Source of the DNA: a virus
Lineage: Duplodnaviria; Caudoviricetes
DNA length: 64,000 bases
Virus record (IMG/VR): IMGVR_UViG_2706796476_000001
Location: 87,418 to 151,417 of that record
Reading direction: 5' to 3' (one strand)
Below are positions 56,966 to 64,000 of the stretch, in pieces. Below the pieces are notes generated by a model that saw nothing but the letters and a program-made list of their open reading frames with translations, did no database searches and was not told the origin of the DNA. Position 1 is the stretch's first letter. Every line of letters begins with the position of its first letter. A program made the position numbers and the translations under genes.

Positions 56966-57214
56966 TTAAACCCGTGTATAAAAATCATTGTACGCCGTTT
57001 CTTTAATGCTTGTAAATAACCCTTCCGATAAAACATGGATGCTTGCATCATATACCCACACCGCAAATTCTGCGTGTTTAGCGTGCTTTGCCAGTACTAC
57101 TTGAAGATGATCACAAGCCTTATTATACAGCGATAAAGGACGGTTCGTAACAAGCTCAAACCCTTTTGATTCTACGGATTCTGTGATTAATTGACCTAGT
57201 AAAAAATCTGTCAT
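56966..57214 (-). CDS. Early hypothetical protein
   Basis: RBS AGGAGGG. Confidence 0.75.
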   Translation of the reverse strand: MTDFLLGQLITESVESKGFELVTNRPLSLYNKACDHLQVVLAKHAKHAEFAVWVYDASIHVLSEGLFTSIKETAYNDFYTRV

Positions 57215-57234
57215 CGTTTCCCCTCCTAGACAGG

Positions 57235-57387
57235 TTACATAGTGTTAGATGCTATGATCACAGAAAGGAGAAGAATAAATACGAATCCCGTTAATAGGTA
57301 AGTTCCATAAAATAAGACTGCCGAGTCTTTTTCTAGTTCTTCTGCTTGAAAGAAATACAGATTGATTTTTCTAATAATGTTTTTCAT
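57235..57387 (-). CDS. Small membrane protein (50 aa, not in the ORF track)
   Basis: RBS AGGAGGG; MKNIIRKINLYFF... with a C-terminal TM helix. Confidence 0.7.
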   Translation of the reverse strand: MKNIIRKINLYFFQAEELEKDSAVLFYGTYLLTGFVFILLLSVIIASNTM

Positions 57388-57410
57388 TCGTTTTCCCTCC
57401 TGTAATTACA

Positions 57411-57662
57411 TCATAGGATATAACAAGCATACCTGTCAATAATGTTTGTGTCAATGGGTTTTTCGTTGATAACTTCACCACGGGGAACCCACGATAAAAC
57501 ACCCGTGTTAAAATAAGTTTCAGCATGGTTAAAACTGTTCCGCAAACTTAAAACAAGTTCAGACGCCTGTCCGTGGCTCTCTAATGTGAGGAAAACGTCT
57601 TTACCCTTGTAACGAAACTTTACAGAATACATAAGATCAGCCCCGTATATAAAGAGTATCAT
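57411..57662 (-). CDS. Early hypothetical protein (start likely the downstream ATG, MYSVKF)
   Basis: The cassette promoter overlaps the track's start. Confidence 0.7.
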   Translation of the reverse strand: MILFIYGADLMYSVKFRYKGKDVFLTLESHGQASELVLSLRNSFNHAETYFNTGVLSWVPRGEVINEKPIDTNIIDRYACYIL

Positions 57663-57697
57663 AAGGGTTGATATAATGTCAACCCTTATTTTATTGT

Positions 57698-58210
57698 TTA
57701 TGCGTTTTGTTCTTCTTGATCTGTGTTGTTCTCGATGATCTCTAATACCTTGGCGTCAAACTGCTCAAATGTGTTGTTGTGGTCTACATCGGTACATAGT
57801 TCCTCAAGGTTAATAGCAATATTGTCATAAACCTCTCCTGCCACGTTTTTATCTTTTAAAGATTCGTTAACCTGTGCAACTGCTCGATTGTACATAATGT
57901 CATCGAGGTTTTTGTACAGCGATTCGGTGTAATACTGGTAATAGCCGCCCGCAAAAAGGTTAGTAAGGCTGAAATTGTTTGTATCAAGACCCGTCTGAAA
58001 TACAAATTCTTTGATATAATATTCGATGTCTTCCGCATTCTTCCATAACTCATAATTATAGATTGGAGTAAATGTATCGGCTACCTCCATAATAGCGTCA
58101 CAAATGTACATGCTTCCGTCATAATCTCTTTCTAGTGATTTCAGTGCGTCTGCCTCATCTTCTAAAATGTCAATTAGTTCATACTCTCTAATTTCTAACA
58201 TGTAAAACAT
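57698..58210 (-). CDS. Ocr-like acidic DNA-mimic (putative anti-restriction) protein
   Basis: ICDAIMEVADTFTPIYNYELW aligns with the recalled T7 Ocr segment [21 protein letters not shown]; very acidic. Confidence 0.65.
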   Translation of the reverse strand: MFYMLEIREYELIDILEDEADALKSLERDYDGSMYICDAIMEVADTFTPIYNYELWKNAEDIEYYIKEFVFQTGLDTNNFSLTNLFAGGYYQYYTESLYKNLDDIMYNRAVAQVNESLKDKNVAGEVYDNIAINLEELCTDVDHNNTFEQFDAKVLEIIENNTDQEEQNA

Positions 58211-58273
58211 CTCCTTTAAGTTTGTTATGTTTTTAGTATATTGCAGGGTTGATGTAATGTCAACCCTTTTTTT

Positions 58274-58396
58274 TTATTTCTTGCTGCTGCTATTTCCTGC
58301 ACACTGGGCACATTTATTTCTATCATGTGATTCCCCTACCAAGTAAGCAACATTACATGTTTCGCATAGGTCTACCCGATAATCAGCAAGTTTCAT
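58274..58396 (-). CDS. Small zinc-finger-like early protein (40 aa, not in the ORF track)
   Basis: Cassette promoter, RBS GGGAGG; CETC...CAQC. Confidence 0.7.
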   Translation of the reverse strand: MKLADYRVDLCETCNVAYLVGESHDRNKCAQCAGNSSSKK

Positions 58397-58476
58397 ATGT
58401 AACAACCTCCCTTATTTGATAAACCTAGTGTAACATGAGGGCTGACATAGTGTCAACCCCTTTTGTGAAAAAAGTT

Positions 58477-59118
58477 TTAAAGATTTAAATTAACAAGTTC
58501 ACGGGCTTTACCTTTTAAAGAAACAAAGGTACCTTCGTCAGTAACAGTCAACTTTACATGCCCTTTGTCTGATAGGTTGACGAAACAATCAATCGCACCT
58601 ACGACGTATAGTCCTAAATCGTCTATGATGTCTTTAGTAGACACGCCGCTTTCTGTTCCTTTAGCAAATGCCGATACGGTTTCATTATCTGCGATATAGG
58701 TTAGAATACGTCCTTCCGTCGAGGACACATCAAGTACCCTTACATCTTCACAAATGCGCCATACTGATAATTCGGTCAAAACTTCCCACCATGAATCGCA
58801 AATCGTTTGAGTACCGCCCAAACTTTCTACACTCCAATACTGGACGGCGTCAATGATAAAATGCTCAACATCTTCTAGGGCTTCATCTAGGCTCTCAAAC
58901 CCTCCGTATGATGCTACGTCTTCCGGATGTGCGATGTCCTCTAATGAGACAGTTAATTCACTTAATAGGTAGAAAGTAGGTTCATCTCCTGTAGTGGGTT
59001 GTACTTCTACATAGACGTATTCTCCTTCGTTGTCTTCGTCCTCTCTAATGAAAATGCCCCCGTGATCTTTCCAGTCGATGTCACCATAATTAGTCCAATG
59101 TTTTTCCATTTTCTCCAA
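58477..59118 (-). CDS. Early acidic protein with a C-terminal winged-helix-like segment
   Basis: NYGDIDWKDHGGIFI; C-terminal STKDIIDDLG...L.DKGHV. Confidence 0.8.
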   Translation of the reverse strand: MEKMEKHWTNYGDIDWKDHGGIFIREDEDNEGEYVYVEVQPTTGDEPTFYLLSELTVSLEDIAHPEDVASYGGFESLDEALEDVEHFIIDAVQYWSVESLGGTQTICDSWWEVLTELSVWRICEDVRVLDVSSTEGRILTYIADNETVSAFAKGTESGVSTKDIIDDLGLYVVGAIDCFVNLSDKGHVKLTVTDEGTFVSLKGKARELVNLNL

Positions 59119-59195
59119 CTCCTTTAGGTTTATGTAATGCGTGTTCCTGTCTTGCTTAACTTAATGATATCAAAGGGTTGATATAATGTCAACCC

Positions 59196-59570
59196 TTATT
59201 TATAAAAAATTCTCTTATCCTTTAAAATGACTGTATTTGCGGTGCTGATGGGTTGATGTGTTTCCTTATCGATGAAACTGTTAAACTTGTAAGGGTTGTA
59301 TGTGGCTTCCCTGTACGTTTCATCTATATGCGCCTTTACGTCCTGTGTGAGCGTTCCAATTACATACGCATGAACATTCTTACGATTTTCTTTTAAAACC
59401 TTGTCACGCCCCTTTTGATTGACTTTAAAGGTGACATCGGAAAGAATAACTATAGAAGAGTGACACACGACCTTTTCGTTTTGCTTGACACTGAATACCT
59501 TCTTATGTAGGTTAAAATAAACTTTCGATACTGCACCGGTCTTCACTTCTCTATCTTGGTACGTTTGCAT
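59196..59570 (-). CDS. Conserved phage protein (VYFNLHK family)
   Basis: VYFNLHKKVFSV...FKVNQKGRDKVLKENRKNVHAYVIG...YNPYK..SF. Confidence 0.8.
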   Translation of the reverse strand: MQTYQDREVKTGAVSKVYFNLHKKVFSVKQNEKVVCHSSIVILSDVTFKVNQKGRDKVLKENRKNVHAYVIGTLTQDVKAHIDETYREATYNPYKFNSFIDKETHQPISTANTVILKDKRIFYK

Positions 59571-59696
59571 TGGTTAGCCCTCCTTTTGTCTTCTCCTCTA
59601 TAGTACGCCGGTATTGATTAAATGTCAACCCTAAAATAAAAAAAAAATGAGCAGCACGGATTTTTTTTTCTACCATGCTGCCCGGGTTAAACGGAA

Positions 59697-59813
59697 TCTG
59701 TGTAGGGAGCTACTAAGGAAATTCCTATTCTGTGTAGGGAGCTACTAAGGAAATTCCTATTCTGTGTAGGGAGCTACTAAGGAAATTCCTATTCTGTGTA
59801 GGGAGCTACTAAG
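59697..59813. repeat. 32-bp tandem repeat, about 3.7 copies
   Basis: TCTGTGTAGGGAGCTACTAAGGAAATTCCTAT three times plus 21 bp; the core recurs near 60074 and 61620. Confidence 0.97.
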
Positions 59814-60037
59814 AGTTCAGGAACCTCTACAACAGGGTAAACCCAAAGACTGTTTAACTCCTCGGGACTGTTTGTCCCTCCCCAAAAACTACATCCGGAA
59901 CCTACTATGAAACAGTCACAAGCTCCATTATTTCTTTTATACTCGCTCTTGAGAGCTAGAGTGTCATTATACATGAAAAGACTACCCGGAGACAGCTCCT
60001 CTATTTGTACTCGTTTAATCTCTGCCATCAGCTTCAC
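59789..60037 (-). CDS. Hypothetical protein
   Basis: RBS GAGGAGGTG; ends inside the repeat. Confidence 0.75.
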   Translation of the reverse strand: MKLMAEIKRVQIEELSPGSLFMYNDTLALKSEYKRNNGACDCFIVGSGCSFWGGTNSPEELNSLWVYPVVEVPELLVAPYTE

Positions 60038-60087
60038 GTAGTCTCACCTCCTCTCTATACCTCGACTAAATTTTGTGCAGGGAGCTA

Positions 60088-60486
60088 CTAAGCGTTTGGC
60101 AGCTGCTCCATAACTCGGCTAACCCACTCCCGAAGGTACTTCTCCTCCGGTAGGTCTTCTTCGTAGAAGGACTCCTCGAGTCCCATCCATCCGTACGGAG
60201 GATCAGTGTCGATCCACACTCCTGTTAGAGTATCATATATTTGAATGTGGTCAGCGTTGTGAAGTCGACGCCTTTCAGCGTCCCAGTCAGAACTGTACTT
60301 ACTACCTGCTTCGCCGGGTACTTCTGAGAATGCTGAGATGTTGAAGTCCATTAAGAGGAACTTTTCCGTCTCTTGCTTAGTTTTAAAGACTCTGCTTATA
60401 TCTCGAAGCCCTCCCCCGGGGTAGTAGTCGTAGAAGTTGAACAGCTGGTATCGACCTGTAGGAACAGTATATACCTTCACAGTCAT
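60088..60486 (-). CDS. Hypothetical protein
   Basis: YDYYPGGGLRD motif; RBS. Confidence 0.8.
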   Translation of the reverse strand: MTVKVYTVPTGRYQLFNFYDYYPGGGLRDISRVFKTKQETEKFLLMDFNISAFSEVPGEAGSKYSSDWDAERRRLHNADHIQIYDTLTGVWIDTDPPYGWMGLEESFYEEDLPEEKYLREWVSRVMEQLPNA

Positions 60487-60890
60487 TCTCCCTCCTTGAT
60501 ATACTTACTCGCCATAAGCTCTTCTACATACTTGTCTAGTAGTGTTTCAATGGACATCCCATCGTTTAAAAACTTCTCGGCAAGGTCTCTCTTAATGTTT
60601 TCCACCGGACGACGTACTTCATAGTCTTGTGTAGTAATCAAAGCGAGGACTTCCGGTAACGAGAGGCTGAATAGATTACCGTACCAACGAACAAGTTGTT
60701 CCCTAAAAGATGACTCGAATGCCGGAGTAACTCGAATAACGGTATCTCTTTCTTCTTCTACAATTTTATGATTCTTTATAACGGTCTCTAATAGTTCAGG
60801 TACGGTAAGGCTTTCTCTCTCCCGAATATACTTTACTAATTCTACATGTACCTCGTGTGTGACAATTAAAGTCTGTTTTGTTTTTTCCAT
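60483..60890 (-). CDS. Hypothetical protein
   Basis: RBS; ATGA coupling to the next gene. Confidence 0.8.
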   Translation of the reverse strand: MEKTKQTLIVTHEVHVELVKYIRERESLTVPELLETVIKNHKIVEEERDTVIRVTPAFESSFREQLVRWYGNLFSLSLPEVLALITTQDYEVRRPVENIKRDLAEKFLNDGMSIETLLDKYVEELMASKYIKEGE

Positions 60891-60905
60891 TGTAAAACTC
60901 CTCCT

Positions 60906-61385
60906 TTAATCCCAAACTTCTGTGACTAGGTCTTCTAAGGCTACTACAACAAAGCGCTTATCTTTTGCTGCAAGTACAGTTTCTTTGGTAGATTTGTATA
61001 GCGGGGAAATCATCACATGGCTTTTTTCCGTATCGTTAGCAGCTATAACTACAAAGTCTTGGTCATGAAGAACTCGGTGCCCTTGGGTATCATACACGTT
61101 TAGTTGCGCCGGATTAGCCTTTACTACTTTACCATAACTATCGTCATACTTCAGTTTCTTAAACCCTACAAGTCTAACCGAGTCCACATTGATCATGTCT
61201 TCTCTCTCGTCAACTGTAACTAACTGGTTGACGATGTCTTTAACTTTATACTTACTATGGTCTATACGGATAGTATCTCCTTCTTTTAACGGTAAGGGGG
61301 AGATTACCTCTTGGGCTACAAAGCCTTCCTCATACTCCATAGCTCTCACGTAGTACTTACATTCTCCATACAATCTCGTCATCAT
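60906..61385 (-). CDS. Hypothetical protein
   Basis: RBS AAAGGAGG. Confidence 0.8.
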   Translation of the reverse strand: MMTRLYGECKYYVRAMEYEEGFVAQEVISPLPLKEGDTIRIDHSKYKVKDIVNQLVTVDEREDMINVDSVRLVGFKKLKYDDSYGKVVKANPAQLNVYDTQGHRVLHDQDFVVIAANDTEKSHVMISPLYKSTKETVLAAKDKRFVVVALEDLVTEVWD

Positions 61386-61406
61386 TATTCCTCCTTTAAA
61401 TTAATG

Positions 61407-61607
61407 CTAACCTAGGTAATACCCTTTCTCCACTGCTTCATCCCATTCTGTTTGAGAAAAGACTCGGTTTTCTCGCTTAGTGACTCCATAACAGTTTGTA
61501 GTAATATCCGCTGTTACATACTTTTTGTCCGGCAGCTCTTTTGTCCACTCCGCTCTATAAGGCGTAACCTTATGAACCTTAATGATGTAATGCTCTAGTA
61601 CGTTCAA
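61407..61607 (-). CDS. Hypothetical protein
   Basis: RBS GAGGAGG, TTG start. Confidence 0.75.
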   Translation of the reverse strand: MNVLEHYIIKVHKVTPYRAEWTKELPDKKYVTADITTNCYGVTKRENRVFSQTEWDEAVEKGYYLG

Positions 61608-61721
61608 GGTTGTTCCTCCTCTGTGTAGGGAGCTACTAAGTGATTAGCAGCCCGTTGTTATTAACTACATTTTATTCTAGGTTTGACTATTTGTCAACAT
61701 TGTATTTTTAACTTCGCTAAT

Positions 61722-62843
61722 TTATTTAAGCTTGGAGAGCTTTTGCTCTATCAGTTTAATAGCAAGCTGGTACTCTTCAAACACGCTAGGGTTTACATCT
61801 CTATGGGTTTCTGTTACCGCCTGCGAGAACTCCTTAAGACTACCTGAGAAACATCCTCGAGTACATAGAATACCATTGTACTTTGATAAGTAGGCGGTTA
61901 ACACCCCGTCTTCACTCCCGATAGGGTACAGGGTAAATACTTCTTTCACATCCCCTATCAGCGCATTACCTCTTACCCTTGCTTTTCCACCCACTACGGC
62001 GTTATTGTATAAAACAGCACCCTCCTTGACTACGGCTTCTCCGAAAACTACCGAGTCACCCTGAAGTTTAGCTTTTCCGCTTACTTCTGCGAACCCTCTT
62101 ACAGAAGCATAACCTCCAATATTTGCAGACCCGCCAACGACCGCAGCCCCTTGCACATCAGCATACCCGGTCACAACAGCTTGATCCTTAACGATAGCCT
62201 CTTTAGCTACATACGCATTTTCACTAATCACGGCTTCTCCGAAAACTCGGGCGTTACCCTTCACCAAAGCATCACCTGTGACTTGGGCGTGACCAAAAAC
62301 TTTCGCATTATCTTTTACCCAGCAGATGCCTGTATGTGAAAGGTTGTCTTCGCACTCTATATAACCTCCCAATTCTCCCTTGGACACGTCACCGAAATCT
62401 CTGACTGCTTGGATTCTGTACAGCTCTCGCCCTATTATCCCGAATACGTTGATCGTGTCGTCCTTCAGTAAAACATACTTTTTCTGTTCTGTGTTTTCCA
62501 TTGTTAACTCCTCCTTTTTATTGTCTTCTTTGGCACTTCGTAAAGCAGTAAATGTTAAAAATCCCCCAGCAGCTAGACTTATAGAAAATATAAGTAAAGC
62601 AACTACAAAGCCTGTCGCTGTAACTGTCGTAAGATTAGCAAGAAGTAGTCCTAGATGTGCTGCACCTAGGAAAGCCGGAAATAGTAAGAGCGACTCCCCT
62701 AGCGCAAACCTGCCAGCTGCACTGTAAGATATCTTTTCCGCCTTTACTAGTTCTTTATACCTCGTATCAGCTACTGCGTGCACTACTAGGACAGTAACAC
62801 TGTAGACTATGAAAGTAACCAAATACTCAAAGTCCATCTTCAA
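61722..62843 (-). CDS. Membrane domain fused to a hexapeptide-repeat (left-handed beta-helix) domain
   Basis: Three TM segments, then LYRIQAVRDFGDV..GELGGYIE...NLS and (N/D)A.V.G repeats; internal RBS and ATG at 62501. Confidence 0.8.
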   Translation of the reverse strand: MKMDFEYLVTFIVYSVTVLVVHAVADTRYKELVKAEKISYSAAGRFALGESLLLFPAFLGAAHLGLLLANLTTVTATGFVVALLIFSISLAAGGFLTFTALRSAKEDNKKEELTMENTEQKKYVLLKDDTINVFGIIGRELYRIQAVRDFGDVSKGELGGYIECEDNLSHTGICWVKDNAKVFGHAQVTGDALVKGNARVFGEAVISENAYVAKEAIVKDQAVVTGYADVQGAAVVGGSANIGGYASVRGFAEVSGKAKLQGDSVVFGEAVVKEGAVLYNNAVVGGKARVRGNALIGDVKEVFTLYPIGSEDGVLTAYLSKYNGILCTRGCFSGSLKEFSQAVTETHRDVNPSVFEEYQLAIKLIEQKLSKLK

Positions 62844-63057
62844 ACCCCTCTACTTCCCATTCGGTATAAATCCTTTCTCGCACCCAGCTATCATGTAGTT
62901 CGTCTAGTGCAGCTGCAATTCCGCCTACGCCTTCTTTTAAATCCTCTTCAACAAACCCTAACTCTTCAAGCGTGAACGACTCCTCCTCCTCAGACCCTAA
63001 GTAGTCAGTGGAAAACTCAAACTTTACTTTGGTTTTAAGTGTCAGTTCCTTCGTCAT
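62827..63057 (-). CDS. Small acidic hypothetical protein
   Basis: RBS GGAGG; TTGACA promoter upstream. Confidence 0.75.
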   Translation of the reverse strand: MTKELTLKTKVKFEFSTDYLGSEEEESFTLEELGFVEEDLKEGVGGIAAALDELHDSWVRERIYTEWEVEGFEDGL

Positions 63058-63158
63058 ACTTTATTCCTCCATTGGTTTATATTTACTGTAACTACAGTGT
63101 AACTTACACACTACTAAACTGTCAAGCTTAAATAAAAAAAAATAGCCTATAAAGGCTA

Positions 63159-63647
63159 TCATCCGACATTAGTACAGGCGCAGTATGTGACATTCTTGCA
63201 TGTTTTACAACTTCTAATAGTTAAGTAGCCTCCGTCGTTAGGTGAAAAGCTTACAAGAGGTCCTTCATCCCTAGGAAGTACAAGACGAAGAGGTTGACCA
63301 AGAACGGACTGAAAGTAGATATCAACGAAGATGTCGTCATCCGGGTTATCGACGTCAAAATAGTGGTCTTCAAAGTCGTCAAGCGCTACCTCCCCGGCAG
63401 CTGCGTAGCTTGTCGAAGGTTCTTGATCTACCGAGTCTACTGTGTAAAGATGTCCGCCCCCTACATAGACATGAACAGAATCAGCAGTGTAAAACAAACT
63501 ATCTCTGTTGCTAAAGTTGCTTCCTTCAAAAGAAATATTTGCTTTCATATTGACAACCTCAAGCTCAAGAATGTCTTTAGCACTTACGTCTAACTTGCGC
63601 TTACCGTAGTTAATTGTTATACCGCTGATACGGTTACCTAGGTGCAT
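63159..63647 (-). CDS. Hypothetical protein with a Cys-rich C-terminus
   Basis: RBS GGGAGG. Confidence 0.75.
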   Translation of the reverse strand: MHLGNRISGITINYGKRKLDVSAKDILELEVVNMKANISFEGSNFSNRDSLFYTADSVHVYVGGGHLYTVDSVDQEPSTSYAAAGEVALDDFEDHYFDVDNPDDDIFVDIYFQSVLGQPLRLVLPRDEGPLVSFSPNDGGYLTIRSCKTCKNVTYCACTNVG

Positions 63648-63996
63648 TAAAATCCCTCCCGTAATGATCTTTCAACTTATCCATCGGGAAACCGTCTGCA
63701 ATAAAAGCCTCGGTTGCTTTAAGCTTTTCTCTGTAGGCTAGATAAGTGTAAATGTGAAGCATATCCTCTCGAGTAAGAGAGGAGCCAAAGTAGCTATTTA
63801 GGGCAGTCAATAGTAATGCTGCCTTCTTCTCCGGGAGAGACTTTCCAATTGGTCGAGAGACTGCTTGAATGTACCGAGCTTCAACCTCTTTCATACTGCT
63901 TAGTCCATCGAGTCCCATAAAAATTCCATCTTCCTCGTCAATAATAAGCTCTCCTGCTCCGTAAGGGTTAAGGAATGCGATACGTATTTCCTGCAT
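63634..63996 (-). CDS. Hypothetical protein (start may lie outside the window)
   Basis: ORF at the window edge. Confidence 0.65.
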   Translation of the reverse strand: MQEIRIAFLNPYGAGELIIDEEDGIFMGLDGLSSMKEVEARYIQAVSRPIGKSLPEKKAALLLTALNSYFGSSLTREDMLHIYTYLAYREKLKATEAFIADGFPMDKLKDHYGRDFNAPR

Positions 63997-64000
63997 AAAT

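Larger units (their letters stand above)
47391..59621 (-). repeat. Dispersed palindromic sigmaA promoter cassette, 21 full copies plus one partial
   Basis: GGGTTGAC-N5-(G/A)TCA(A/G)CCCT then TG.TA(T/C)ACT-type -10. Approximate starts: 47391, 47700, 48311, 49081, 49701, 50358, 50693, 52531, 52825, 53157, 53800, 54122, 54850, 55160, 55774, 56270, 56929, 57664, 58245, 58438, 59174; partial near 59610. Confidence 0.95.

Noticed and set aside
47391-59621. CRISPR array or true integron attC array
   Set aside because: The repeats are sigmaA promoters separated by whole genes; no integrase or attC architecture is visible in the window.
59697-59813. Possible CRISPR array
   Set aside because: The units are identical and contiguous, with no unique spacers and no cas genes.

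Overview
This window is 64 kb of a large lytic Bacillus myophage genome (Herelleviridae, Bastillevirinae-like). The host is probably in the B. subtilis group, judged from a poly-gamma-glutamate hydrolase and sigmaA-type signals. Layout: (i) 1-18.1 kb, a minus-strand morphogenesis module from portal, protease, scaffold and major capsid through neck, sheath, tube and tail chaperones (with a +1 frameshift) to the tape measure, interrupted by an accessory insert that includes a Rok-like protein and a 3D-domain protein; (ii) 18.2-24.3 kb, a tRNA region with six recognisable tRNAs, three deviant tRNA-like elements and two long structured non-coding stretches, one directly behind a DIP1984-like gene; (iii) 24.3-46.6 kb, an XRE regulator, terminase, endolysin, PhoH, nucleotide metabolism genes, a beta-helix protein and PghP; (iv) 46.6-59.6 kb, the probable terminal-repeat/early region, an array of small acidic genes behind 21 copies of a palindromic sigmaA promoter cassette, with an Ocr-like gene, paralog expansions and a candidate sRNA; (v) a 32-bp tandem repeat and further early/middle genes. 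All protein family calls come from motif recognition from memory; no database search was run.
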